Notes: a model not told the origin generated them from the letters alone. DNA of 62,336 nt, filler included, from 4 parts of 4 records of this genome joined end to end with filler, not necessarily neighbours in it; one strand, 5' to 3'; positions 47,845 through 57,601 are shown, counted from the whole stretch's first letter. Program-made: numbers and translations.

Positions 47845-48248
47845 ACCGGATGCTCCAGCCCGTTCAGACCGGGGCTTTCGGCAAAAATCCAACCTTTGAA
47901 AATCGGCGTTGGATCAATGGTATTGTTGCTTTCATTGATCTGACGGATTTCGACATAGGCCGCCGTCTGCGGGGTCTCTTCCGGCGGGCGCATATCACAT
48001 GCTCTCACCGTCAGCTCCAATGCGCCAAAGCGGGTTGGCTGATCAACGGTCGCACTAAATTTGCTGACCCTTGCCGTAATCTTGTCCAGACCGCCAAAAA
48101 CAGCCACAGGATAAGTTGCAGCTAAAGCCGGTGCTGACAAGCACATGGCAAGTCCGGTCATGGCAATAAAGCGCGCGGCAGCAAACAAAACAGATTTCAA
48201 ACGCTTAGCCTCAAGGTGCTGTGGACTTTGCGGCATCGTCCTTACCAC
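47799..48248 (-). CDS. DUF2155 domain protein
   Basis: [41 protein letters not shown]; typical alphaproteobacterial mlaD-aat context. Start uncertain (48248 or 48236). Confidence 0.85.
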   Translation of the reverse strand: MVRTMPQSPQHLEAKRLKSVLFAAARFIAMTGLAMCLSAPALAATYPVAVFGGLDKITARVSKFSATVDQPTRFGALELTVRACDMRPPEETPQTAAYVEIRQINESNNTIDPTPIFKGWIFAESPGLNGLEHPVYDVWLKTCKSSDAS

Positions 48249-48687
48249 CCGTGGTGGAAAAAACAGCCTGTCCGATCAGGCTCATCAGATCGATGGACCC
48301 TTGTGTGTAGTCAATCTGGCTGCCGTCTTCCAAATAGGTTTCGCTGCCACCCGGCAACAAGGCGATATAGTTGGAACCCAACAATCCCTCGCTTGTGATC
48401 TTCGCGCTGGAATCATCAGGAATTTTTACATCGCGCGACAGATTCATCTTCACGACGGCTTTGTAATTCTCAGGATCGATCGACTGACCGACCACGGTGC
48501 CGACCTTGATGCCTGACAACCGCACATCACTGCCGCCGGCCAGACCGTCAACCCGATCAAATTCGGCACTCACGTGATAGCCGCTGGCGCTGCTCATGCC
48601 GGAATTTGTGTAGCCGTAAAACAGGAAAACACCGGCGACGATAACGACAATGGCGCCGATCAGTGTTTCGACAAAATTGCTTTGCAT
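48211..48687 (-). CDS. mlaD: Outer membrane lipid asymmetry protein MlaD (MCE domain)
   Basis: ETLIGA, FDRVDGL, VRLSGIKVGTV, IPDDSSAKITSEGLLGSNYI. Confidence 0.9.
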   Translation of the reverse strand: MQSNFVETLIGAIVVIVAGVFLFYGYTNSGMSSASGYHVSAEFDRVDGLAGGSDVRLSGIKVGTVVGQSIDPENYKAVVKMNLSRDVKIPDDSSAKITSEGLLGSNYIALLPGGSETYLEDGSQIDYTQGSIDLMSLIGQAVFSTTGGKDDAAKSTAP

Positions 48688-48747
48688 AGGTGTCCTCAGG
48701 TCAACGTCATGAGCGTCACGCGCCCGGAGAAAATGAAAATTGGGAGG

Positions 48748-49143
48748 TCAGGGCTTCCAGGCTTCGTAATCGCCAGTTGCCTTGGCACGTGAACCAGAGC
48801 CTACAATGCTGCCTTTGGGCCGATAGGCGTTTGGAGTGCCCGTATAGTTCGGGCGATGCGGCTTCTGCCATGGTTTGGCGGCATAAGTCTCGTCGGTTGG
48901 CAATGTGTCAACGGTGTTATGCAACCAGCCGTGCCATTCAGCAGGTACACGCGAGCCTTCGGCATAGCCATTGTAAAGCACCCAGCGGCGCGGATATCCG
49001 CCGACCGTTTCGCCCTTGGAAGATTCAAAATAACGATTTCCCTGATCATCGGTGCCGACCAGTCGACCATTCTTCCAAGTGTAGAAGCGCGTACCCATTG
49101 TCTGGCCATGCCACCAAACGAAAATTTCGGAAAAAAGGCTCAT
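48748..49143 (-). CDS. NDUFA12-family NADH:ubiquinone oxidoreductase subunit
   Basis: VGTDDQGNRYF, RRWVLY, EGSRVPAEWHGWLH, NYTGT, DYEAWKP. Confidence 0.92.
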   Translation of the reverse strand: MSLFSEIFVWWHGQTMGTRFYTWKNGRLVGTDDQGNRYFESSKGETVGGYPRRWVLYNGYAEGSRVPAEWHGWLHNTVDTLPTDETYAAKPWQKPHRPNYTGTPNAYRPKGSIVGSGSRAKATGDYEAWKP

Positions 49144-49309
49144 AAGTTCACCGTTGCGGGGCCCGACCGACAGGCCATGAAATCGATTCCACCTTCATTA
49201 GAAAGCGAGCCGAATATGGCACCGAGCGACGTGCGGGTCCAGACCTGCAGAGATTTCTCCGCCGATTGTGGCCATTTTTCAATGCGATAGATGACTTTAG
49301 GTAAATGAC

Positions 49310-49843
49310 CTAGTCCAGCGCCCAAGTCTTGTCCACCGAAGCGGTGGCAGGCGGCGAAGCTGCCAGAGGCGATTTGGGAAGGCGCATCTCCTGACGATAT
49401 ATGTCACCCACCTGCACAAAGGGGCGATCATCTTCCAGAACCCAGTTGATGCGCTGAAGAAGGTTGGCAGGTGTCACTGGCTTCACAAGCATCTGTGTGG
49501 CACCGCTGGCAAAGGCCTGCTCAATCAATGGACGCGATGCATGGGCTGTCAGCACGATGATTGGAACGAAGCAAAGCGGCTCACGTCCCACCTTGCGTAC
49601 GGCCTTTATAAAATCAAGCCCGTTCATCGGGGCCATTTCCCAGTCGGAAATAATGAGTGAAGGCACTCGCCGTTCGAGCTCGGCCAGCGCCGTCGTGCCG
49701 TCACGGGCTTGACGCGCGTCCTGCAGCCCGAAGCTGCGCAGAATTGTGCGCACCAGCAGACGCATATTGGCATTGTCATCGACGATCAGGATATCCAGAT
49801 CCTTCAACGACATGCCAAGGGCTTTGCTTGTCAGATTAGACAT
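49310..49843 (-). CDS. Single-domain response regulator
   Basis: ILIVDDN, ISDWEMAPMNG, IIVLTA, LVKP. Confidence 0.9.
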   Translation of the reverse strand: MSNLTSKALGMSLKDLDILIVDDNANMRLLVRTILRSFGLQDARQARDGTTALAELERRVPSLIISDWEMAPMNGLDFIKAVRKVGREPLCFVPIIVLTAHASRPLIEQAFASGATQMLVKPVTPANLLQRINWVLEDDRPFVQVGDIYRQEMRLPKSPLAASPPATASVDKTWALD

Positions 49844-49969
49844 AGGGGCGACGGCTCCATCAGGTCATTCGTCCCATTTTGCCTGCCAAAGTCTTAATGT
49901 TTCGATAATCATTTCAAACAAGTATTTCACAGCGATTCGCACAAATTTCAGACGCTCCCGAGAAGTCGG

Positions 49970-50016
49970 ACGCTAGATATGGCGTCATTGCTACACTTAA
50001 CCACTACGCCTTGACC
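49970..50016. promoter_or_regulatory. Tandem NrdR boxes upstream of nrdJ
   Basis: ACGCTAGATATGGCGT (49970) and CCACTACGCCTTGACC (50001), starts 31 bp apart, resembling consensus acaCwAtATaTwGtgt. Confidence 0.65.
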
Positions 50017-50240
50017 TAGAGGCCCGCTGGGATCAAGATTTCCTTTCGTCGAGGGGCGGCGCGAGGCCGATTGCGGACCATCTGGACTAATTGCCCGAAC
50101 TGACGTCTGAAAAGCTCTGAATTTCAACCGCTTAGGCGTTTGAGGGCGAAGTGGATCAGACGCTACGGTCTTACTTGTCCAAAGTCGCAATACGTTCCGC
50201 CCAGCGACCTGAACATTAAACAGGGAAAGCCGGGGGTCCG

Positions 50241-50423
50241 ATGCGTATCCAGCGTTGTTTCACTATTGAGGGACAGTCGCCCTATGAGGGCATTTCGTTC
50301 CGCACAACAACCAGCGAAATCCGCAATCCGGACGGCTCGACTGTTGGCGCTCCCATTGATCTGACGGTACCTGCCGGTTGGAGCCAGGTCGCAAGCGACA
50401 TTCTGGCCCAGAAATATTTCCGC
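50241..50423 (+). CDS. nrdJ: Vitamin B12-dependent ribonucleotide reductase (class II), N-terminal fragment
   Basis: MRIQRCFT, SEIRNPDGS, VPAGWSQVASDILAQKYFR; truncated by the spacer. Confidence 0.9.
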
Positions 50424-50523
50424 NNNNNNNNNNNNNNNNNNNNNNNNNNNNNNNNNNNNNNNNNNNNTTAATTAATTAANNNNNNNNNNNNNNNNNNNNN
50501 NNNNNNNNNNNNNNNNNNNNNNN
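50424..50523. other. Artificial contig-join spacer
   Basis: 44 N + TTAATTAATTAA + 44 N. Confidence 0.97.
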
Positions 50524-50524
50524 C

Positions 50525-50968
50525 CCGCGCTTCAACAAGATGAAGGGCATGGGCCAGATCATCACATGGTCGGTGCGCGACGAGACGCTGCACACCAATT
50601 CCATCGTGAAGCTCTTCCGTACTTTCGTGGACGAGAACCGCGAAATCTGGGACGAGGAATTGCAGCGCGACATCTACAAGGCCTGCGAAACCATCATCCA
50701 TCACGAAGACGCCTTCATCGATCTGGCCTTTGAAATGGGCAGCATCGAAGGCCTCACCGGTCAGGAAGTGAAAGACTACATTCGCTACATCGCGGATCGT
50801 CGTCTGACGCAATTGGGCCTCCAGCCCATCTATCGCACGGACAAAAACCCGCTGCCCTGGATGGACGAAATGCTCAACGGTATCGAACACGCCAACTTCT
50901 TCGAAAACCGCGCCACCGAATATTCCAAAGCCTCGACAAAAGGCACATGGGACGAAGCATTCGACTGA
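50525..50968 (+). CDS. nrdB: Ribonucleotide reductase class I beta subunit, C-terminal fragment
   Basis: KMKGMGQIITWSVRDETLH, YIRYIADRRL, NPLPW, NFFENRATEYSK. Confidence 0.93.
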   Translation, partial: PRFNKMKGMGQIITWSVRDETLHTNSIVKLFRTFVDENREIWDEELQRDIYKACETIIHHEDAFIDLAFEMGSIEGLTGQEVKDYIRYIADRRLTQLGLQPIYRTDKNPLPWMDEMLNGIEHANFFENRATEYSKASTKGTWDEAFD

Positions 50969-51010
50969 GCTGGTTTTTGGACGGGGGCTCTGAGCAACCG
51001 ACCCTGCATA

Positions 51011-51089
51011 CCGTGCCCGACTTGATCGGGTGATCCATCCTCACTTGACCAATTCCGTCATTGCGAGCGCCAGAGAAGCAATCCATCCT
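51011..51089. repeat. Two REP-like short palindromic units
   Basis: CCGTGCCCGA-CTTGA-TCGGGTGATCCATCCT and CCGTCATTGCGAGCGCCAGAGAAGCAATCCATCCT; both begin CCGT and end ATCCATCCT. Confidence 0.45.
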
Positions 51090-51113
51090 GTTTCAATATT
51101 GGGGGGAATACGG

Positions 51114-51638
51114 ATGGATACGCTTGCCGACCTGCTGGCGCCTTGGTATGCGCAACTCAAATTCCTGCATGTGATCTCGGTCGCCATGTGGTCATTCTCC
51201 ACAGCGGTTGCCTATCGCGATTACATCGTGCCGGCTTTCCGTGCCGTCGAGCATCACCCCCATGACGAGGCCCGCATCGCGCGGCGCAATGATTTCATGG
51301 AGCGCTTCGACAGCGGTGCCATCCTCGAACATGTTGCTTTCCCGCTTCTCGTCATCACGGGCCTTTGCATGATGCTGGCAGGCGGCTGGTCGCTCGACAG
51401 TCTCACATGGTTCAGCGCCAAAATGATGATCGTGCTTCTCGTTTTTGTGCCCATCGAAATTGTCGATTACTACATCTCCCATTTCGGCGGCCGGAAAGCC
51501 CGCATCCGTCGCACGGGCGACATGGCGCGCTACGAGCGTTTCATGGCGATCCATTGGACCTTCTTCAAAGTCACGGCACCGCTCATCATCATCTTCGTGC
51601 CGAGTGCCTATTACCTCGCCATCGTCAAACCCTTCTGA
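51114..51638 (+). CDS. Uncharacterised 4-TM membrane protein
   Basis: KFLHVISV, LLVITG, WFSAKM, C-terminal LAIVKPF, the pattern of CopD/HemJ/DUF2269-like small membrane proteins; GGGGGA RBS. Confidence 0.7.
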   Translation: MDTLADLLAPWYAQLKFLHVISVAMWSFSTAVAYRDYIVPAFRAVEHHPHDEARIARRNDFMERFDSGAILEHVAFPLLVITGLCMMLAGGWSLDSLTWFSAKMMIVLLVFVPIEIVDYYISHFGGRKARIRRTGDMARYERFMAIHWTFFKVTAPLIIIFVPSAYYLAIVKPF

Positions 51639-51709
51639 GTTGCCCGGTTGTAAAAACAGTTCCACTCTGCTTCCGCCGCAAAGAGAAGAACCGCAACAGG
51701 AGCTGCCCC

Positions 51710-52141
51710 ATGACCGGCCTCACCACCTCGTGGATTTTCTGGGCGCTGCTCGCCGCTGTCTTCGCAGCCCTCACCGCCATCTTCGCCAAGATCGGTGTGG
51801 ACGGCATTGACAGCGATCTGGCCACCTTCATCCGCACCATTGTCATCATGGTCACGCTCGGCTTCATCCTGCTGCTTGCGGGCAAGTTCCATGATGTCGG
51901 CCCCGTCGCCACGCGCACATGGGGCTTTCTTGTGCTTTCCGGCCTTGCCACTGGCGCATCATGGTTATGCTATTTTCGGGCGCTCAAACTGGGCAACGCG
52001 TCTCAGGTCGCACCGGTTGACAAAATGTCGGTCGTCCTCGTCGCCATTTTCGGCGCGGTTTTTCTTGGCGAGCATCTCTCGCCGCTCAACTGGGTGGGCG
52101 TCGGCCTCATCGCCACGGGTGCTCTTTTCGTTATTCTCTGA
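51710..52141 (+). CDS. EamA/DMT-family small transporter
   Basis: AVFAALTAIFAKIG, LSGLATGASWLCYFRALKLG, VAPVDKMS; AGGAG RBS before MTGLT. Confidence 0.9.
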   Translation: MTGLTTSWIFWALLAAVFAALTAIFAKIGVDGIDSDLATFIRTIVIMVTLGFILLLAGKFHDVGPVATRTWGFLVLSGLATGASWLCYFRALKLGNASQVAPVDKMSVVLVAIFGAVFLGEHLSPLNWVGVGLIATGALFVIL

Positions 52142-52195
52142 AATTTCCATGATATGGCGCTGGTATGCATGGCGCAAAATGCCTAGCATGGTCCC

Positions 52196-53161
52196 ATGCG
52201 TATAGTCTTGGTACTGCTCATTTCCCTGATTATGTCTGTGCCCGCTTTGGCGCAAACGCCCTGTGGCACGCGCGAGGCGGTGCGACCGTCGCTCGCCCAT
52301 CTTCAGGATGTGATGCAGACAGGCCGTTTCGTCGCCTATAATCCGACAGAACTCACCGTAATTGACGGCATGGTCACACCCGCCAGTGCTGAAAGCATCC
52401 GCGCCGATCTGGTCGCCTTGCGTCCCTATTTCGACGGGCTGATCACCTATTCCGCGCGCGACGGCAACGAGCATGTGGCAGACATTGCCGCCGAGCTTGG
52501 TTTTCGCGCCGTGATTGTGGGCCTGTGGACCCCCGCCGATCCCGAAGAAGTCTCCAATGCCATGGCCATGCATCGCGCCCATCCCGACCTCGTGGTCGGT
52601 GTCTCGCTCGGCAACGAGATCGTGCTGGGCAAGCGCGGCACATGGGAGGATTTGCGCAATTACATCACACTGTTCCGCAGCCGCTATCCGCAGGTGCCCC
52701 TCACGGTCAGCGAACCCTTTGCCGAGTTTCTGGCGCCGGAATCTTATGACCTGCTTTACTCGCTGGATTTTCTGATGGTGAACATCCATCCCATCTTCGA
52801 GAAATGGTTTGATACGGCGGGCGCGCGCAACTGGGCCGAATTTGTGGTCAATGTCACGGGCAAGCTGGAAGAAGCCTTTTGCGGTCCCATCCTCATCAAG
52901 GAAACCGGTGTGCCGTCGGGCCCGCTCAACCTCGGTTTCGAGCCGGAAAAGCAAGCCGCCTTCTGGCGCGAGCTTGAAGCCCAGTTCAAACCGGATCGTA
53001 GAAGAGCCTTTGCCTATTTCTCGGCTTTTGATGCGCCGTGGCGTATCTCCGATTTCAATCCCATGGGTGGCCACCGTCCTGAAGAGGCCTATTGGGGCAT
53101 GTTCACCGAAAAGCGTGAGCCCAAAGCGGTCCTGAAAGAGCTTCCCAAGCTGAAGAAGTGA
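52196..53161 (+). CDS. Secreted GH17-like beta-1,3-glucan-active glycoside hydrolase
   Basis: Signal peptide (PALA-Q), VSLGNE (acid/base), NIHP, IKETGVPS (nucleophile), YFSAFDAPW, YWGMF. Confidence 0.78.
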   Translation: MRIVLVLLISLIMSVPALAQTPCGTREAVRPSLAHLQDVMQTGRFVAYNPTELTVIDGMVTPASAESIRADLVALRPYFDGLITYSARDGNEHVADIAAELGFRAVIVGLWTPADPEEVSNAMAMHRAHPDLVVGVSLGNEIVLGKRGTWEDLRNYITLFRSRYPQVPLTVSEPFAEFLAPESYDLLYSLDFLMVNIHPIFEKWFDTAGARNWAEFVVNVTGKLEEAFCGPILIKETGVPSGPLNLGFEPEKQAAFWRELEAQFKPDRRRAFAYFSAFDAPWRISDFNPMGGHRPEEAYWGMFTEKREPKAVLKELPKLKK

Positions 53162-53254
53162 CGGGGCGGTCCGCTCCCCCTTTGCCTCTCCGCTCGCCCT
53201 CCCTTATGGTCGCAGCCTGATTTTAGGGGCATACGATCCGGGGGACGATCACCA

Positions 53255-54455
53255 ATGGCTGAAAAACTGACCGAGGAAGAAACGCGCCTGTTCTCCAAGG
53301 CCGCGCGGCGCATCATTCCGGTGATGATCATCCTCTATACGATCAGCTTTCTTGATCGCGTGAATGTCGGCTTTGCCGCCCTCACCATGAATCAGGATCT
53401 GGGCTTCAGTGCCGAGGTTTTCGGTTTCGGTGTCGGTATTTTCTTCATCGGCTATTTCATTTTCGAAGTTCCCTCCAATATCGTCATCGAAAAGCTCGGC
53501 GCGCGGCTCTGGATTTGCCGCATCATGCTCACATGGGGGCTGATTTCGGGTGCCATGGCTTTTGTCACCACGCCCATGAGTTTTTATGTCCTGCGCTTTC
53601 TGCTCGGCGCGGCGGAAGCCGGTTTCGCACCGGGCATGATCCTCTATCTCACCTATTGGTTCCCCGCCGAACAGCGCGCGCGGCTCTATGGCACATACTT
53701 CATCGCCATTCCGCTCGCCTCTGTCATTGGTGCGCCGCTCTCTTCATGGCTCTTGGGCTTTGATGGGCATCTGGGTCTGCAAGGCTGGCAATGGATGTTC
53801 ATCATCGAGGCCGCACCCGCCATCATCATGGGCTTTGCCGTTCTCTGGTTGCTTCCCGACAATCCCATGAAGGCCGCATGGCTCAGTCCGTCGGAAAAAG
53901 AAACAATAGGCGATTGCCTCGCGCGTGATCGCGATGCCACCCATATTGATGCGCAGCACACGCTCTGGCCCGCGCTGAAAGACCCGCGCGTCATTCTCAT
54001 GTGCTTCATCTATTTCGCCATCGTCATCGGGCTTTACGGCATCAGCTATTGGTTGCCCCAGATGGTAAAGGCCAAAGGCTTCTCCAATATCGAAACCGGC
54101 TGGATCATCGCCGCCATCTATGTCGTGGCCGCAGTCGTCATGCCGCTTTGGGGCCGCTCGTCAGACAGCAGGCAGGAGCGCATCTGGCACACGGCTATCC
54201 CCTGCCTTGCAGCAGCCATAGGCTTTGTCGGTGGCGTGGTCTTTTCCTCGACACCGCTCATCATCGCCTCATTGGGGCTTGCCGCCATTGGCACGTATGT
54301 CTCCATCGTGCCCTTCTGGGCCATCCCGCCGGTCTTCCTGTCGGGCACGGCGGCGGCAGGCGGCATCGCGCTCATCAATTCCACAGGCAATCTCGGCGGC
54401 TTTGTCGGTCCCTATCTCATGGGCTGGGTCAAGGATGTGACGCAGAGCTATGCGT
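53255..54455 (+). CDS. MFS transporter, ACS family (3' truncated)
   Basis: FLDRVNVGFAAL, GIFFIGYFIFEVPSN, RFLLGAAEAGF, LTYWFP, GWQWMFIIE, GIALINSTGNLGGFVGP. Confidence 0.92.
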
Positions 54456-54555
54456 NNNNNNNNNNNNNNNNNNNNNNNNNNNNNNNNNNNNNNNNNNNNT
54501 TAATTAATTAANNNNNNNNNNNNNNNNNNNNNNNNNNNNNNNNNNNNNNNNNNNN
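54456..54555. other. Artificial contig-join spacer
   Basis: 44 N + TTAATTAATTAA + 44 N; GC rises sharply after it. Confidence 0.97.
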
Positions 54556-55093
54556 GGGTAGTGAGCGTCTCCATGCCGAACGTGTGGTGGGCGGCGCGGA
54601 CGAGCAGATCGCCCGCCGCCTTGCTCGCGGCGTAGGGGCTGTTGGCCGCGAGGGGGGTCTCTTCGGTGAACAGGGCGCTCTTGTCGTCCAACGGCAGCGA
54701 GCCGTACACCTCGTCGGTGGACACGTAGACGAACCGGCGCGGGCCACCCGGGGCCTTGCGGACCGTGTCGAGCAGATTCTGCGTCCCCAGCACGTTGGTG
54801 CGGATGAAGGGCTCGGAGTCGAGGATCGAGCGATCGACGTGGCTCTCGGCCGCCATGTGCACAATGGCGTCGGCCTCCTCGACGAGCGGCGCCATCGCGG
54901 CGCTGTCGCAGATATCGGCCCTGACAAACCGGTAGCGCGGGTCGCTCTCGACATCGCGCAGGTTCTCGAGGTTGCCCGAGTAGGTCAGCACGTCGGCGTT
55001 GATGACGCGGCAGTCCGGCCTATTGGCCAGCACGAAGTGCACGAAATTGGCGCCGATGAAACCCGCGCCGCCGGTGACCAGAATGGTGTTCAT
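54556..55093 (-). CDS. rfbB: dTDP-glucose 4,6-dehydratase (3' truncated)
   Basis: LVTGGAGFIG, LTYSGN, AAESHVDRSI, STDEVYG, SPYAASKA. Confidence 0.95.
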
Positions 55094-55148
55094 CGCTGTC
55101 TGTCCTCGTCGTGGTGCGGCCGCGGCATCGGGCGGCCGGGGTGAGCGG

Positions 55149-56018
55149 TCATGGCGGGTCGAGCCGACGCATCACGTCGGCCAGCGCGACCTGCCAGGGG
55201 GTCATCGGCCCGATCAGGGCCTCGGTTCTGGAGATGTCGAGCACGCTGTACGCCGGACGCGGGGCCGGACGGGGATACTCCTCGGAGCCACACGGGAGTA
55301 CCGCCGCGGGTTCAGCCGCGGTTCGCACGAGCCGCACGATCTCGCAGGCAAACTCAAACCACGAACACTCGTCGCCGTCGGTCGCGTGGGCGAATCCGGT
55401 CGCGTCGGCCAGAAGCAGCCCGAGGCTCGTCCGGGCGAGCCCCTCGGCGGACGTCGGCCGCCCCCGCTGGTCGTCCACCACGCGGAGCTCCGGGCGCGTC
55501 CGCGCCGCGTTGGCGATGGTCCGCACGAAGTTCCGGCCCCAGGGCGCATAGACCCAGCTCGTGCGGATGCACAGCCACGGTGCCCCGGCGGTGCCGAGTT
55601 GCTCGAGCATGACCTCCCCCGCGGCCTTGGAGCGGCCGTAGGCGTTGACCGGTTCGCGGGGATGGTCGGTCCGGTAGGGCGACTCGGCGACGCCGCTGAA
55701 GACATAGTCCGTCGAGTAGGTCACGAAGCGGGTGTCGGCCTCGGCGCACCGCCGGGCCAGCACCCCCACCGCCTCGGCGTTGGCGGTGTGTGCGCGTTCG
55801 TACTCGGACTCGGCGTCATCGACCGCGGTCCACGCGGCGCAGTTGATCAGGTGCGAGTAGGACGCGACATCAACCGATCGCGCGGCGTCGAGATCCTCAA
55901 GATCGAGTCGGTCGCGGCCGAGCACGTCGTACGGGATGCCGTGAGCCGTGAGCAGGCCCGTCCACGCCCTGCCGAGCATGCCGCGGGAGCCGAGGATGAG
56001 CACACGATCGGGACGCAC
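55149..56018 (-). CDS. rfbD: dTDP-4-dehydrorhamnose reductase
   Basis: LGSRGMLG, NCAAWTAVDDAE, STDYVFSG, YGRSKAAGE, VVDDQRGRPT, PRPAYSVL. Confidence 0.95.
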   Translation of the reverse strand: MRPDRVLILGSRGMLGRAWTGLLTAHGIPYDVLGRDRLDLEDLDAARSVDVASYSHLINCAAWTAVDDAESEYERAHTANAEAVGVLARRCAEADTRFVTYSTDYVFSGVAESPYRTDHPREPVNAYGRSKAAGEVMLEQLGTAGAPWLCIRTSWVYAPWGRNFVRTIANAARTRPELRVVDDQRGRPTSAEGLARTSLGLLLADATGFAHATDGDECSWFEFACEIVRLVRTAAEPAAVLPCGSEEYPRPAPRPAYSVLDISRTEALIGPMTPWQVALADVMRRLDPP

Positions 56019-56069
56019 GTTCGGATCAACCTTGGTCGTTGGGGTTCGTCTGTCGCGGGCCGTGTCTGG

Positions 56070-56564
56070 TCACTTGTGTTCGACGTGCCACGGGAAGCCG
56101 GCGAAGGCGTCGTGGGCGCAGCGGTCTTCATCGGGGGCCGCGGGGTCGTAGGCGTGGGTGACGTAGTAGAGCAGCCCCGCGGGGGTCTGCCCCACGGTCG
56201 CGGCCCCGTGCCACAGCGGCGGCGGGATGACCACGGTGCCCGGCCGCTTCTCGCCGATCACCAGCGACCAGCTCCGGCCCGCGTCCTGATCGTGCACGCC
56301 GACCTTGAGGTGACCGAGCAGACACATCCAGAAATCGGTCTGCTTGTGGTGGCGGTGCCACGCCTTGATCACGCCCGGGTACTGGACGGAGAAATTGACC
56401 TGGCCCTGCGGCGCGAGCACGCCCTGCATCTGGTTCATCAGCGACCAGCCGCGGTCGTCGGTGAAAAACTGTGCAGGAACAAAGAGCGGCTCGCTGAGCT
56501 CCGTTGCGCGAGCAAACGCGTCGGGGAGCGGGCCGTTGTGAGTCGTTGGGGCGGTGACCTTCAA
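56070..56564 (-). CDS. rfbC: dTDP-4-dehydrorhamnose 3,5-epimerase family protein
   Basis: DDRG, PGVIKAWHRH, VIPPPLWHG, YDPAAPDEDR; probable TTG start after GAGAGGA; lies between rfbA and rfbD. Confidence 0.8.
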   Translation of the reverse strand: MKVTAPTTHNGPLPDAFARATELSEPLFVPAQFFTDDRGWSLMNQMQGVLAPQGQVNFSVQYPGVIKAWHRHHKQTDFWMCLLGHLKVGVHDQDAGRSWSLVIGEKRPGTVVIPPPLWHGAATVGQTPAGLLYYVTHAYDPAAPDEDRCAHDAFAGFPWHVEHK

Positions 56565-56593
56565 GCGTCGTCCTCTCGCGCTGGGGCGTGTGC

Positions 56594-57373
56594 CTAGCTC
56601 GCGGCTTCGGCGATCTGCTTCTTGACCGGCTGGTCGGCGTGGTTGGCCCCGCCGCGGGCGATGTACTCGCTGGCGCGGAAGAGGCTCTCGAACGTGCCCG
56701 CGTCGGTCCACCAGCCCTCGAGGATGTCGTGGGTCAGGTCGCCGCGTTGCAGGTAGTAGTTGTTGACATCGGTGATTTCGAGCTCGCCGCGGCCGCTGGG
56801 CTTGAGGCCCTGGCAGACCTCGAAGACGTCGGCGTCGTAGAAGTAGATGCCGGTGACCGCGCAGTTGCTCGGCGGGTCGGCGGGCTTCTCGATGATCTCG
56901 GCGACGCGCCGGTCGTCGCCCTCACCCTCGAATCGCACAACGCCGAACCGCTGCGGATCGGGGACCTCCTTGAGCAGGATCTTGGCGCCGGACCGCTGGG
57001 TGAAGAACTCGCCCGCGGCCTTGCGGATGTTCTGCTCGATGATGTTGTCGCCGAGGATCACGCAGATCTTCTCGCCGTCCGCAAAGTCCTGCGCGAGCTT
57101 CAGGGCCTCGGCGATGCCGCCCTCGCCCTCCTGGTAGGCGTACTCGAGGTGGCCGATGCCCAGGTCCTTGCCGTTCTTGAGCAGCTTGAGGAAGTCGCCG
57201 GCGTGCTCGCCGCCGGTGACGATGAGGATGTCGGTGATCCCCGCGTTGAGCAGACACTCAATCGGGTAGTAGATCATCGGCTTGTCGTAGACCGGGAGCA
57301 GGTGTTTGTTTGTGACCAGCGTAAGCGGGCGGAGCCGCGTCCCGAGGCCTCCGGCGAGGATGACACCTTTCAT
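56594..57373 (-). CDS. rfbA: Glucose-1-phosphate thymidylyltransferase (short form)
   Basis: GVILAGGLGTRLRPLT, NKHLLPVYDKPMIYYP, ILGDNI, EKP, PSGRGELEITDVN, WWTDAGT. Confidence 0.93.
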   Translation of the reverse strand: MKGVILAGGLGTRLRPLTLVTNKHLLPVYDKPMIYYPIECLLNAGITDILIVTGGEHAGDFLKLLKNGKDLGIGHLEYAYQEGEGGIAEALKLAQDFADGEKICVILGDNIIEQNIRKAAGEFFTQRSGAKILLKEVPDPQRFGVVRFEGEGDDRRVAEIIEKPADPPSNCAVTGIYFYDADVFEVCQGLKPSGRGELEITDVNNYYLQRGDLTHDILEGWWTDAGTFESLFRASEYIARGGANHADQPVKKQIAEAAS

Positions 57374-57601
57374 CTGCTACTCCCTCCAAGCGTCTGAGCC
57401 CCAGAATCCTGCGCGGGGCGGCCGCGCTGACCTGGGATCTTATCGGCTGCCCGGCCCGCCAAGGCCACGCCGTGGTGCCAGAAAGCGACGAAGCGTGTGG
57501 TGTTTCCGCGACACGGTGCGTGGGAACACCGGGCAAACCTTGCGCATATACACTGGAGTGGTGGTCGCGCTGGTGGCGCGGCGTTTGTAGTCTGGGAGAA
57601 C

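Noticed and set aside
50241-50968. Apparent nrdJ-nrdB juxtaposition or hybrid ribonucleotide reductase locus
   Set aside because: The two fragments are separated by an artificial spacer, so adjacency is not evidence of linkage
51365-52141. 258-aa extended EamA ORF
   Set aside because: The upstream part overlaps the preceding gene out of frame; the RBS and homology start at 51710
57536-57570. GGGCAAACC resembling the start of a c-di-GMP-I riboswitch
   Set aside because: Lacks the GAAA tetraloop stem and the GGGACGCAAAG continuation
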